64,000 nt of DNA from Camelus ferus (GCF_009834535.1 NC_045697.1:110486001-110550000); one strand, 5' to 3'; positions 35,555-49,660 are shown, counted from the stretch's first letter. Translations and numbers: made by a program. Notes: generated by a model not told the origin, from the sequence alone.

Positions 35555-38500
35555 CTTCATGCCCCCTTGTCAGTGTGTATTCGGTGTGTAGATATGTTCA
35601 TATTTGTAGAGCACAAATCAGTATATGCATAGTCGAGAAAAATGTGACCTGTAACACTGTGTTCCGGATAAAAATGTGATTAAGAATCACGCCAAGTGCT
35701 TACCATGTAAGCCCAAGAACAAAAGGCTTTCTGAATCTTCTCAGGCAGTTCCATTTTAAAGCATTGTGCAAATCTTGGAAACGCAACAACTTCTGATAGA
35801 ATGCGTCGTTACAAGAAAACCAGCCCCTAAGATGATGGCCACAGGAGATTATTTGTGTTATTATTATTTTCTCTCCTGTAATCATTGCTCTTCTCTGTTA
35901 CGCCTGAATTTGAAGATTGGAAAATTTATTGAATAAGATCACTAAGTTTATTGTAAATTTATGTTGTTTCATTGAAAAATTTGTATTAAACTCAAAGAAT
36001 TTCCCTTACTCAGATGAAAACATGTTTGATGATTGGCCAAAAACAAAATCACAATTTTTTTTTCATGTATTATGTATAATTTCCAGTAAGTCAAGAATAA
36101 TTTCATTACTTGAAACCATATTGGCAAAGTTAAGGTTTAATGACAAAGTAGTTGACCAGAACTATAGAAATCTGTGTTTTAGCTATTAGCGCTGCAGTAT
36201 TATTTGATTTGGCTTTACTTAATAGGAGTCCTGGCATTCTTTTTTTTTTCCCCCTTTTATGTGTCACTGTAGTTCCTTTAAACCACTCTGAGAGGAAAAT
36301 GAATATAGGATTGAAGTAATCTGGGTACTTGGAGTGTGTATGTGCCAGTTAAATATACAGATATCCACATACACTCAGGCTGATGAAAGACAAGCTTCGT
36401 TCTTGATGGCTTTCTTATCATACAAGTGTGGTTAGTGCAAAGCATTGGTAGAGGTGAATGTAAAGGCACGTTCCATCCATTCACTTAGGTTCTTGCACCA
36501 CCGGTGTAACTTGCATGTTTGTCATTGGATGATTTATCTTTTAAAGCACTTACTACTGCACCATAGAATTTCTAAAAGCCCTGAGATTTGTTTTCTAGTC
36601 AGGCTTCTCCATTTTCACTGCTAAGTCAGTACGGTTTACATCCTTAAAAGAACGACGCTTCAGCAGTCTATAAAACCCAAACAAGTGGGACCAAAGGAAA
36701 TAACTGTTAAGAATAATTTTTCAGTGTCTTAATGCCACCAGGCATGTAAGTTGATTACACAGAGGCTGTTTTCATATCAGAGTTGTGATGTAGCAGTGTT
36801 CAAGCCAGCGTGTAAGCGTGTTTGCAAAATGACCAAATTCTAAAAATTAAAGCACAAGCTAGACCTGCATTTCAAGTATTAAATGCTTTATAAAGTATCA
36901 AGAATCACAAGATAATGAGTCACATAATGAGTAGTATGAGGAGGGTGGAGTTGGTCACTCAGTAATCCAATCAGAATGAATTTAAGAGCAGATGTTAGTG
37001 TATCTGATGCTTTATCACCACTAATTTACCTACCACGAATGTAGTGAGAGTTTAATAATAATTAACCTTTGTGTTTAATCATTTAAATGTTTTAAATAAT
37101 TAAAACATAAAATGGCAACACCACAGGATAAAGTGTTCTATGGGCCTATTCCAGACATTGAAAATTATTTTTAGTGTGTCTACGTTACAAACAACCACTG
37201 TGAGACTCCACTGTATTAGTGGTTTTTCACTTCCTGTATATTATCCATGTAGCAATTGTTTAAATAAATTCATTTAAAAAAATGGTGTCCTCATAAATAT
37301 TTAACACCCTTTGGGGCAGACTTTGGTGTTGCAGGTAACAAAAACCACTGTCTGGTGTTAAATTTGTGTTCAAAGATCATGATCCCTCATTAAAAGCCAA
37401 AGGAAGTACTTAAGGTTGGAGTGAACATAGTTAGTCCTGACTCGCTTCATATCCTCAAAGCCAGATTCAATTCATCCTTCATTTGTGTGCTCATTATGTG
37501 CCAGACCCTGACCTGGTACAATTTCATGGTCTGCAGTTAATATCAATTTTTAACGACCTATATTAGTGTAAATGCAGTGCTATGGGAACAGAGGCAGAAG
37601 AAATGAACTCTTCCTGAAGGGCAGGAGAAGTCAGAGTGAAGGAGGCAGTGCTAGCGTTAGGCTGCGTGGTCTCATTAAACGGATGTGTTTCACTACGTGT
37701 GGGAAGAGGGAACCAGAAAGGAGGGGTTTTTTTTGATTAAATGTTCTCACGACACTAGAATTTGTTGACCTTCTTAGGAGGAAAGGAGAGTTTTCGTTTC
37801 AGTTGTGCTCAGTGGGATCAGTTGTTTAACAAGGTAGGAGAAGAAGCGTATATAGAGCCTTGATCACGGTTAGAAAAGAATCCTTGAGCCGTGACTGCGT
37901 CTCTAATGAATCTCTCTGGGCTTCATTTGTTAAGATTCACACCAGTGGTCCTGCAAATCCCTTATATTTCTAAAATTCGATTGTAACTTGTGAAGCGATA
38001 ATCAAGTCGTGTCTGATGCAGTTTTTGGTTGTTTATTTTGTTCTTTGCTGTGCCTAGCTAAAGGCTGACTAGGACTCATTGGGGCTAAGATGAAATGCCG
38101 CACGTGTCAGGTACTATGCAGGCACTGGTAATGAAAAGATGAACGAGACATGGACCTTTTTCTCAAAGTTTATGGTCTCACAGACATAAAAGTACTGTTA
38201 AGACTTTCTTCAGTTCAGCTGATTAAAGGCACAGGAAAAAAAACCTGGTTGATTTTCACTAATAAGGCCAAAATTCTAGGCACTGTGCTAAGACTTGAAA
38301 AATGGGAGTGTTTTCTAAAGGGACAGATTTGGGGCAGGACATTCTGTGCCTTGGGGACAGCATGAGCAAATGCGTGAAAGTCGCCCCCACCACACCTTGG
38401 CACATACGTGGGAGGTACTTCACTCTTCAGTGACTGAAAGCATGAAACTGCATGGGGCATCCAGGCAAATGCAAGTGGTTTCAGAGGGGAGAGCATGGCC

Positions 38501-39222
38501 AGGCTGATGAGGAGAGATGCCGGAAAAGGAGAGCAGTGATCAGGGGGTTCAAGGCTTGTGTAGATCAAGAAGTTCGGATTTTATGAACAGGTAACGGAGA
38601 TTCAGGATTCAGAGCGGTAATTCTCAAGAGCATGGAGGAAGGCTGTGGGTGGGGTGTGGTCAAGACAGAGCAAGGGGATCTTAAGAGACTAGTTATGGCC
38701 CTCAGTCTCTCAAACAATGGACTGTAATTGTAAGAATGGAGAGCAAACTTGTCAAAGAAACATCAGCAGACTTTAGCTAAATACTTCTTTTTGACTCATG
38801 AATAACTCTTGCTGGAGTGTCAGAGAGGAGTTGTGTATCCTTTCCTCCAGAAAGTTGGTTCCTGAAAAATAAATAAATGTGGTGACCATGTGGATATTGG
38901 ATGTTCTAGCTCTTTGTTCTGCTAGATATGTTTTTTCCCACAGGACAAGCCAAGAAGTATGGATTTCTTGTTTAAAAAATTATTTGTTTCAGAATATAGA
39001 TCTATTTCATATTTTTCCATTTTCTATTTCATACCTTGATTGTCAAGTATCAAAAATGTTTTCCAATGATATCAAAGTTTGTGCCAATGGCAAAAGTCTT
39101 ATTATAGATGAGAAATATCTAAGAAATGATGATTGCTAATCTTCTGTTTTATATGATCTATTTAGAGACTTATCTAGATCTGTCAGCTCAACTAATTTTA
39201 TATTTGATATACATGCATGTTC

Positions 39223-39228
39223 AATAAA
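39223..39228 (+). terminator. LRAT: Likely distal polyadenylation signal of LRAT (3' UTR about 3.7 kb)
   Basis: AATAAA at the end of an AT-rich tract, followed by CA and a T/GT-rich stretch. Other AATAAA hexamers at 37263 and 38868-38877 are alternatives. Confidence 0.5.
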
Positions 39229-40534
39229 ATCAATTTTGCATACTGTTCTCTCTCGCCTCTGAGTTTGAAATACGTAAAAGTAGGTAACACTGTTTTTGAA
39301 CACGGTAACCTGGAAGTTTTTGCTTCTTAGAGCTTTCTCTGCTGAACAGAGTTTTATATATTTAAAATTAAACTTTTTGTGGAGCTACCTTCAGATTGAT
39401 ATAATCTGTGTTATCCACATCTTGAAGCCTACCTTGACTATGGAAAAAGGGTTCTGTGTCCTGTTGAATAACAAATCCTTCTCTGTTCCACAAAATCAGG
39501 CAACAACAACAAATAATCAGAGCCATGGGCATGAAATCTCTAACCAGATGTGTAATGTTACCAAGGCAGCCTGCAGCTCTACACTAGCCACAAGTGGGGT
39601 GGGGTGGGGACGGGTGGGGACGAGGTATCAGTAGGAGCAAGTCCCAGGCCATTCACAGCATGACAAAGACCACAGAAGTTCCTGGGCTGAACCCTTAAAC
39701 ATCTCTTCACAGTTCCGCTATGGAAAATCAGACACAGTTTGAGATACTTTGTGATTATGCAAATAATTCGATCCAGAGCCAAAGCTTGACTCCAGCTTGC
39801 TTTCCACTATAACCACATCAGCTCCCTGAGGTCTCCCATAACTTGGACAAGCTTTCCTGCAATGAATGTATTAATTTCTTGCAGACCCTCTGCGTAGTCC
39901 AAGCAGGGCCACACAAGAATGAAATAGTTAGGATCTCAGTCCGGTAGTTCCTCAATCTAGGGAGAAAGAATAGCAAGTAAATCAATTTCAAAACAATGAT
40001 AAGCTTGTACAGGTGTCAGAAGAACAGGAGCTAAGACCTGTCTACTGGGGGCAGTCAAGGAGAGGGATGGCACAGAAGTCTTCCTTGACACCTTAACCGA
40101 GCCATAAAGAACACAAATCTTTACAGTGAGAGAGGATTCCCTCTTCCAGGCAATTGCAGGCACCTGGAGCGGTAAATACAAAGGGACAGAGTCCTGAGAG
40201 CCCTCTTGTAGTTGGATTGCTGCTAGTCAGTAAGAATAATCATCTGTGTTTATGTCACTGCATTGAGAGAAAGATGCCCAGTGCTGTTACAGAGAACACA
40301 CCGTTCCTTTGAGGAAGGACGACTCTGCTCAGGTGATGCTGGAGACAGGAGGCAAAATCACAGAGGACTTTACACTGACAGTCTTGAGTGGAAAGTGTTT
40401 CCTAAACTTTCCAAAGGTAAGTCTAATAAGCACGCGATTTTTGTGAAAAGCATAAATATGGGTGGAATTCGGTTGTGAGGAAGAGAAACAGACGTTTTAT
40501 GGCTAGAGGTTTATTTAGGGATACATGAAAAAGT

Positions 40535-40630
40535 GGGAGGTTTATTTTTTTTCATGGCGATACTGGGGATTGAACCCAGGACCTCATGCATACCGAGCAT
40601 GCGCTCCACCACGTGAGCAACACCCTAGCC
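40535..40630 (-). mobile_element. tRNA-derived SINE (Vic-1-like, diverged)
   Basis: Same TACTGGGGATTGAACCCAGGACCTC core as the other copies. Confidence 0.75.
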
Positions 40631-40885
40631 ACCTGCCCCCACACTGAGCTTTGAACTGCTACTCCTCTGCCTGCCTACTGACTGCTACTAACTCTCAGTG
40701 TGCCATTGCTTCTGCTGCCCCATAACTGTCTTTACACCTCTACTTTGTGTTTCTTCCACTTCTGCTCCGCACTGCCACATCCCTGTCTCTCCCCAAAAAT
40801 TGCCAATGGATCTGATTAGGCTGACTAGTTTAGATGCACTATCGGTGCTCACAGTGAACAAAGTTCTCTAGCCAGGCTGCCTTAT

Positions 40886-41869
40886 GGGGCACTGAACACT
40901 CTCCTATCCTATAGGTCAGATATGGTCTGATCAGGTGACCCCCTTGGGTCAGCAATCAGTTGTTGTCAAGTTGCACGACCATGGGCTCCAAGGCACGCGG
41001 AAGTTACTCTAAAGGAGCTACTTGCAGCTGATTTTCCTTTGAAGACGACTACTGGTCAGTTTAAATGGGAGAGGACTACCTGGTTATCACCTTAGAGAGC
41101 TCATTCTGCAACAATATAGAGAATAGATTGAATGAGGAGACTTAACTCAAAGGACATACATTCTATTACCAAAATGTAAGAGAGAAATGATGGAGACTGG
41201 ATGTAAGTCAGTGGCAGTGGGGACAGAGAGGAGAGAATGGAGTGATTTGACGGGTGAGAAAGAGGGAGAGTGTTTCATACACAATGCAACCAAGAAAACA
41301 GAAATCGTTCTAAGCATTGTCTGGCAAGATATGTGTGTATACGTGTAATGCCTTGGATTCCCCCCTCCTCTCACCTAATCTCTTAAGAGAGCCTCACATT
41401 GGCCAACTAAGCCAGAAAGCAGCTGTCAGGAGAGCCTGGGAAACAGCCTGCTGGAAAAACCAAGACATGTATCTGAGGGATAACAGGCAAAGATGGTGCA
41501 CCGATAAATATAACTGGTCGCATTGTGCCGTCCTACGGGAGTTAGCCTTGGGAAAGGCAGGATGAGCCTGGTCTTGGATATACAAAGTCTGAGTCACGGA
41601 GGGTCCTGTTGGTAGAAATACAGAGTAAACAATTGGAAATTTGAGTCTCCTGCTCGAGACAGAGCTCAGGGATGGAGATATCTTTGGTAGTTTTCACAGT
41701 GGTGGATGAAGCTGAGGCTATAAATTGGACGATCCTGGGGCCATTGGACTCTGTCATATCCTTTAGGTCAGATACCATCAGAGCAGGTGACCTCCCTGGG
41801 CCAATCAGTTGTTGCCAAGCTGCATGACCATGAGCTCCAAGGCACACTGGAGCTACTCTAAAGGAGATA
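40886..41869. repeat. ~130-bp diverged direct repeat (about 40886-41020 and 41737-41869)
   Basis: Shared blocks TATCCT-TAGGTCAGATA, CAGGTGACC, CAATCAGTTGTTG, GCTCCAAGGCAC and TACTCTAAAGGAG in the same order. Confidence 0.85.
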
Positions 41870-43183
41870 TTTTTAAAATAAAGTGTACTAATGGGAGACT
41901 GAAGTCGCAAACCAATAAGAGGGAGAAAGAAAGACCAAGAAAGTTCCAGAAGGAGACTGAGGAATAATGGTGCAAAAGGCTAGAGCGGACCAGGAGAGAC
42001 TGGGAGGAAGCCACGGAGTGGGGAGCTTTAGAAGGTAAGTGTATGAATAGCATCAAGATTAGAAGAGAGGACTGAGCAGTGTTCACGTTGGATTTGACAA
42101 AGAAATTGAGCAACCTTAATTCATAAGTACTCTACTAACGCTTCATACTGGGGTGTTGGGGAGGTTAGGGGAGACAGCAGACTGTAGGTTAAAATGTAAA
42201 TGGGAAATGAGTGTAGGCTTCTGTTTGTAGTAGTTTGGTGGGAAAAGGAAGGAAAGCACAAAGACTCAGAAAACAGTAGAATATCTGACATCTCTTTTTT
42301 TCACTTTGGCATTGCTTGGAATGAAACATACTGTCAACTGCTTCATGCCTCATTTACGAATATAAATCACAAGTTAATTTTCACAATTGTTTTCTGAGGG
42401 ACAAATACTCTATTTGTAATCTTATCAGAAGAGCACATTTCTTTCAGAACAGTGATTAGTATCAGAGGGTCAGTCAAATCAATGAACATTCCCATTTCTC
42501 CTGGCTTTTTTGAAAAGAACACGTATTCAGATAGAAAATCTAGCAGGGTCAGGAGAAATGGGAAGGAGTAGAAATAGAGTAAGAAGCTGCACGGGACTCT
42601 AGAGTCTTGGGCTCTTATTCCAACAATCTGTCAAGGGAACTTCATTTCCATTCTTCTCTTTCACAGAATGATGGAGCAGAGATCAAGACACACGGCAGGA
42701 CTCAGGTTCAAAGGCTTTGGGAAACTCTGAGCAGCTTGACCCCAAAAGTTTCTCAGATTCTCTACAAATGTGTGTTAGCATTCTTGAGAAAATCTCCTTG
42801 TTTATACTGAGGCAGACAATGAGCTGAACTTCCAAAGTTTATCAGATAGACAGCTTTTGTTGGCAAAGCATGGCTCAGCCTGCAGCTGCCTCCAAGGATC
42901 TGTGCAGGCTGAAGAAGCAGAGATGGAGGCTCCATGTTGGTCCTGACACCTGATCTGACCAGGTGGCACACTCCTGGGTGGAAACCAAAGAGGCAGCAAC
43001 TGCTGCACACTTGACCAACATCATTTATTTCCTTTCTAAGACTCCCTTAACTCTCCCTCCAAACTCCACCTCTGCACGTGAATCTCTCTCCACTTCACCT
43101 CTGGCAAGTCATGGACAAATGACTACCCAGGAATTCAGCGATGGTAAATTCTTTTCATTTCATGCTACGCCTAATTTTTCTTG

Positions 43184-43679
43184 TGTAAAAAAAGATAATC
43201 AATAGAAACCTCAATTAGAAAGAGTTGGGAAACCAGAAGGGGGAGCTCTCACACCCTGTGAAGGTAGCCAACCTCACTAGGAGGAAGAAAGACTCCTCTT
43301 CTTTCCTGGCAAGGACGCAGCCAATGAAAAGCCATGGACTCTGTTTACCAAAGCCCTTCCAACTTCCTTTTCCCATCTATAAAAGAGTTAGCCTCTCCAA
43401 TTTTTTTTTTTGGCGGGGGGGGGGGGGGGAATAGGAGAGGTAATTAAGTCTATTTAAGATTTTTTTTTTTGATGGAGGTACTTGGGATTGAGTCCAGGAC
43501 CTTGTGCATGCTAAACGTGGGCTCTACCACTGAGCTATACCTTCCCCCTTCCCTCCATTTTTGCAGAGGACTTTCACATGGCTCACCATGGTTGCAGACC
43601 CTGAATTGCAATTCTCTGCTGATCCTGAATAAACCCATCTTTGCTGGAAAAATATCTGGCAGTCTGTTTCCTGTCAACA
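43184..43679 (+). mobile_element. Solo LTR (ERV1-like) interrupted by a SINE
   Basis: TG...CA termini with a perfect 4-bp TSD CTTG (43180-43183, 43680-43683); CCAAT, TATAAAA and AATAAA in LTR order. A related fragment lies at about 44219-44330. Confidence 0.8.
43400..43548 (-). mobile_element. tRNA-derived SINE (Vic-1-like) inserted in an LTR
   Basis: Same core as the other copies, with poly-T and poly-G tail sequence on the plus strand. Confidence 0.85.
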
Positions 43680-46220
43680 CTTGGCTGAGGATTTAAAGTG
43701 ACAATAACATTTGCAACATTTATTTTTAAAACTTACAGAGGAATTTAAGACAGAGGACAAGATGGGAGAAAATCTGAACGTGAAGAGAAAAGAGGACATG
43801 GATGGAAAGCACCATGACAATCTGTTTGAGGGACTAGCTTCTCTGTAGGTGAACAGCGCCACCTACGCTCTCCTTTGCTGCAGGGCCTGGTACATCTCTC
43901 TCTACAGCTCAAAGTTCTTCACTTTCCTAGTGCTCATTCTTGTGACCACTCTGGAAATAAGTGCTATCCCTTTGATCCCAGAGTTAGCTTCACACCCAGA
44001 TATCAGGGAAAAGTAAGAAAACCAGAAAAGGTCAACTTTTATCTGTTCCCTCCTCCCAACGCCACCCCTTTGCTTGGCTCTTTTCCTAGCCAGGTTCAAA
44101 GAACTTTTACAGATGGCCTCCTAAGTTAGGACAATCGGATGTGTTCCTAAGCACACATTTTGCCTGGTATGAGGGAGACATGGTGGGGTTGGGTGGTCTC
44201 TCCCAGAAACCCAGAATCTGTGAAAAAAATTAATAAATAGAAACCTAAATAGAGTTAGGAGAGCAGAAATGGGGACCCCTCATGCCCTCTGATTATCAAC
44301 CACATCTGGTAACCTTACCGCCACTCCACAGTTGCATTTGCAGGCTTAGGATACTGACAACTTCCTGAAGGCAACTGACTCATTCCAACAGCAGATAATT
44401 CAGATTCTGCTTCATCCCTTTCCTTCGGCTCACAGGTATGGAGCGTCCATTATATTCTAGGCATTGAACTTGGCAGAGGGGCTACAGAGGTGGAAAACAA
44501 AAGTTTCTACTCTCAAGGTGAAGGTCTGTTGCGACCATAGTATTAGAACTGAGTCCAAAGTCACTTTTGCATTTGTTATTTTGTAAAAGGCTTTCACATA
44601 CGTTCACTCATTTAATAATTATTATCTTTTAATGGAGAAATTGAACTTATAAATACTGAGTGACTTGGTTTTTAACCACTAAGGTGTTATTCTTGTTTTA
44701 CTGTCAAGGAAAACAAGGCTAAGCAGATTAAATGTTCAAGATCCTGTAGTCAGCAGTGTGGTGTGAAGACTCAAACTTTGGTATTTTTTACTCTAAATTC
44801 GGCATTATTTCACACTGCCCTATTTGTGGGCAACCAAGCAAGTGAGGTCATCAGTTGCTTTCATACTGTATCTAGCCAGTGGTCACTCCACATGAGGAGG
44901 GGGAACATTTACTTTCATTTACCTGTGCTTTTTGGCTGTAGAGATTGAACTTGAGTTCAACAAAATGTAACAGTTCTTAACCTTAAATCCTCACCCAAGG
45001 AAGTGATATGGAAAGGTAAGGTGGTCCCTGCGCCTGGAATATGACAGTTGAGCTGACAGCTGATGTCAGGTTTTAGTTTTGTTAAGGTATCTGTGCAAAT
45101 TGCACCCAGGTACACCAGATGTTATTCAAGCTTGGCAGTCCTCTGATGGAGTCTGGTGGCTGACACCAGGGAATACTGTATACTCCATAGTGAACTGTTT
45201 ACAAAGCAGCCTCCTTTTTGTGAAGCAATGCCGAGTTGGCATTAAGAGGAAACCAAAGCCAGTCATAATACTCATAGGTGTGTCCCTCTACGACCTGCAT
45301 GTTGGTACACACACGGATGCCCAGCAGCCCCCCAAGCTAGGCATCTTGGTGTTTGAGACTATCCTCCAGGTGTATGAATAGTCATTTCTGGGCAACGAAA
45401 TTTCGCATCCCAAGCCACAGCCCTGGAACTCAGCTGGGTGAATACTGAAAAGCTGAGAGATAGGGGTGGCAAGTGGAGCGTGCTGTCTCTTCACAAAAGG
45501 CGAGGAGCAAATCCTCCTCAAACAAACCTACTGTGGGCCTGTTGTGGGTGGTGGAATCCCAAATGATGATGGGCCGGAGTTACAGATAGAAGGATATTAT
45601 TTACATGTGTGACACCTGCAGTATTGCTGATTCAGCAGAAATCTGTCTTGGTCATTTTTTGAGAACAGACAGGATGAATTATTCTCCTATGTCTAGTTCT
45701 AAACATTTTTCCTCTAGTCTCTACCACTTGTGAACCAAGCCCTGGAACCCCTGCTGAAGCAGCCATTGAGAAGCCAAGACAGAGCTGACTGTGGGGTGAG
45801 AAGGGTGAGGCCCTACAGTGGACATTAGTCCAGGAAATGGGACAGCTGGGTGGGAGCAGGTGGGCCAAGGGGTTCAGGATGACCCTGTCCAAGGCCAGGG
45901 GGTTGGCCTCCTCTCACAAAGACAGGCCTCCCGGCTTCACGTGGACCTGCTGGGTGCCTGTTAATTGCGTGACTGAATGTTTGCAACAGCGTGAGGAAAC
46001 AAAATGAAGCTCACAATGGAGTGCCCTCTCCTGAGTGTGGGTGACCATGTGGATGTGGGCCCAGCAGCTCCCTTTATCTGTGATTCTAAAATGGGGGTGG
46101 GTGCTGGGGCCAAGCTCGAAGGCTGAGTGAACCCCGAAACACCTCACACTGCAGGCCAGATCACTGTGCGGGCGTTGTTGCCAGCAGGACTGTCTCGCTC
46201 CCCAATTAAACTACAAGTTC

Positions 46221-46391
46221 TTTTCTTCTGTATAGCACAGAGAACTCTATTCAATATCTTGTAATAACCTGTAATGAAAAGAATATGAAAACGAATATAG
46301 ATGTGTATGTGCATGACTGAGACATTATGCTGTGCGTCAGAAATAGACACATTGTAACTAACTATACTTCACTAAGAAAAACAAAAACAGA
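46221..46391 (+). mobile_element. LINE-1 3' end fragment
   Basis: Matches the 3' UTR of the L1 at 26990-27140; A-rich tail; TSD-like AAACTACAAGTTC / AAACTATAAGCTC. Confidence 0.85.
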
Positions 46392-48497
46392 AAACTATAA
46401 GCTCTTTTAAAGTGGTTCTAAATATGTGTAGTTTACTGTACAGGAATCATACCATAATAAAGGTGTTAAATTAAAAAAAAATAAATATAGTGTTTCTAAG
46501 TGTCTAGGACAGTGCTCAATAAATTCTAAAGAATGTGTACAATTTCACTGTCCCCCAGGATTTTTTTCCCGTCGACAGGCAGCCAAAGTATGAATGGACT
46601 CTTGCTTCTCAGCGGATTTACATTCAGACATCTATGCAGCCATTTTTTAAAAATTTAATTTAATTTTTTCTTTTTATCTTCCTCCGTTCGACAAGTATGC
46701 TTTGAGCACATGGTGCAAGGAAGGCGCTGCGTCTTTATTCGCTAGGGATGTGGAAGACGAGGCCCCTGAGCCTCCTCTCCACCAGGGGGCCGCCGAGGGT
46801 AGTTCTGCACTGCCTCTCGTAGTGCCCTGGCTGGTCGCAGTGATGGGTGACATGGCTCAGGCTGTGGTTTGTAAACCACATGCACAAACATGGCACTTAT
46901 CCCTCTCCATTGTAAAGTTCCTGTTTATTCCTTTGCTTGTCTCTACAGACCATTGCACCTCATGGTTGAAAATCCTCATTCTTAGGACTTGGCTCTGGGT
47001 TTGAGGTGCAAATACTCTTTCCTTTCTCTGTCTCTCTAAATTTCTTCTGTTGCCCAGATAACTGACCTACAAAACAAAAACAAAAACAATTTTGGTATGC
47101 ACCAGTTTGAGGTGTTTCTGACTGGCTCTACAGGTATAATGGCTTTCCAAGATGTGGGGAAAGCCACAGAGGCACCCGGAGGTGGCCTCACAAGTCAACA
47201 TGATGCACAGATTGTCCAAATAACTTTATTCCTCAATTTAATAGGAATGAAACTGATTTCTATCTATTGGAAATGTGACTCTTGTTTAATCCTCTGATTT
47301 TTCTGTTGTTTTGTAAACGTTATCACCTTGATTTGCTGTTTCTCATCATAATTTCACTCTTGCTCTGCGATTCTATTCAGTCTTCACTGGGGAGCCTTTG
47401 TGAGAAAACGAAAACATCTGGCTTTGAGTCTTGCTCTGGACCAGCTGGAGTCTGGCAAATTCTCATTCTTCATCTTCTGAAGTATCAATGGGGGAAAATA
47501 TGACTGACTTTCAAGATTATCATGAAGGTTAGAGGAAAAGTGTGTTGAGCCCCCGCAGTGGACTTGGCGTATTAGATAAGCTTAATCAATGTTAACCAAG
47601 GGGCCATATTAGTATGCCTCTTCCACACTCTTGAGCCATATTTCTAGGAGGCTTACAGTTCCTTCTGGTATCTACACATCAGTTCTTTCAGTTCATGATT
47701 TTAAAGGGGCTCTTGGATCCTCCAGCTTGTGCACCACGATTTGGCGCTCAGAAACCAAGCAGGTGCATGGTCTTCCTGCTGCAGTGCCTTTGTGGAGCGG
47801 GGACAGTGGGGTCGGGGCAGCTGCAGGAGGTGTCCACGCTGCAGAGTAGCCAGCTCCAGGGCCCGGTGGGTTAGTCCCTCTGTCCACTCGAATGATATGG
47901 CCCAGCTGCCGACCTTTTGGAAATCCCAGTAGTGGCCAGACTTGCCTGGCTGACAGCAACTTGTTGTGCTGGCTCCTTTCCGTCAAGGACTTCATGAAGA
48001 GAAAGGGCTACTGGCAGTGTGGAGCTTTTTACATAGAAGCCAGGTAACAGGAAAGTTCGTTTGGAAGCTGCCATTGAAAGGAGGGAGGGAAAATGGAAGT
48101 GTGGCCTTAACACAGGGGCCAGGAATACAAACCAGAGCTCCTGCTATAAATAAATACCTCTTTTTCTAAAATTAGAACCTGGGAAAGCGGAAGTAAGTGA
48201 TCAGTTGTAGTTACCAATCATTCTGATATCAATTACCAATCATATTGATGACTCTGGCTTTACAGGCTTCAAGAGCCCCCTCACCTGAGGGGACGATTCA
48301 GTTGTGACCAGTTTGTAAGGTGAGTGTCTGTGCGGGAGGTGCTCAGTATTTATTCTAAATATTTGGAAATAATAATCCGTGTATAATAATACGGCAATAC
48401 TTAGCCAACTGAAGTCTTTTATTAACACCCACACCTCATTTCCTAGCATTCTTGAGACATAAATTTTCTTATCGAGATATCCATCTCATTAGGCTGA

Positions 48498-48511
48498 TGA
48501 CCTGATGACCT
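48498..48511 (-). promoter_or_regulatory. Perfect DR2 nuclear-receptor motif (AGGTCA-TC-AGGTCA), candidate retinoic acid response element
   Basis: Plus strand TGACCTGATGACCT. The motif is certain; function is untested. Confidence 0.4.
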
Positions 48512-49521
48512 GATGAGTGATGTTTGGGCAAGGACGTCACTAGCGGAGGCAGGTAAGAGATGCCAGCTGGAAGTGAGGTGAAAAGGAGAGGAAGGGGAAG
48601 CAGGGCCACTGGTGGTGCCCTGAGGAACCTGTGCAGCCTCCTACCCGGAGGGGAGCCTCGTTCCTTCTCTAAACGTGCTCTGTGCACAATGGACCTAATT
48701 AACTGTTTTCACTGTTTCCCCCTTGCCTCTCTCAGTATCCTTCTGAAGTGAGGATGTGTGCAGGAAACAGAAGGGAAACCCTATTTTTAAAAAATTTATA
48801 GGTGGGAAAAAGGGCTCCCACCCCTACCATGTCTAGAAACTTTAAGCCTGTCCTTTCCACCTTGAATGCCACCTTCAGTCTTCCTAGTGACTAAGTTGTG
48901 TCTCTGGAGCCTAGGTTCCAGCCACAGATGGGAGACATCAGGCACAGACAACAGTGTAGCTGCGTGCATTCATTTTGAAGGAGGCACTAACTTGCTGGAA
49001 CTGATCACTGTGATGGTGATGACGGTGCTCTTGGTGGTGTTGATGGTGACGGTAATAAGCAAACAGCCATCTCTGCCCAAGATCAGAAGCTGACTAGGAC
49101 TAAGGACGGGACTCAGCTCTTTTCATCTGTCTCACTTAATCTTCTCAAAAACTCTCTGAGATAAGTACTACTTTTATCTCCAGAAAAGATGGATTCTTCC
49201 AGTGCACATGATCTCATACTTGATGAGGCTTAATTCCAACAATTTAAGAAAATTAATAATGTACCCAAGATTACAAGAGAGAATATTTAAACTACTTGAG
49301 ACAATTATCTGACGGATCCCAAATATTTCCAAAGCAGCCATTTACTCACATCATTTGCTTGCTAATATGCTCAGGTAAATCACTCTTATGTATTCACTAA
49401 ATCTGTTCTCAAAAGAATTCGTTCAGTCAGTTATCTTATCACTCAAGTTTCTGTTTAAATATTTATTATCAACTTGGACATATAAAACATTTGAATTTTT
49501 CTTAAATTAAGATAAAAGCTT

Positions 49522-49660
49522 TCAATATCTTGTAGTAACCTAAAAGAATATGAAAATGAATATACATATGCATATGAATGACTGAAACATGCTGTCCACC
49601 AGAAATTGACAACATTGTAAACTGACTATACTTCAATTAAAAAAATACAAACTCAAAAAA
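49522..49660 (+). mobile_element. LINE-1 3' end fragment
   Basis: Same 3' UTR family; TSD-like AAGATAAAAGCTT / AAGCTAAAAGCTT. Confidence 0.85.
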
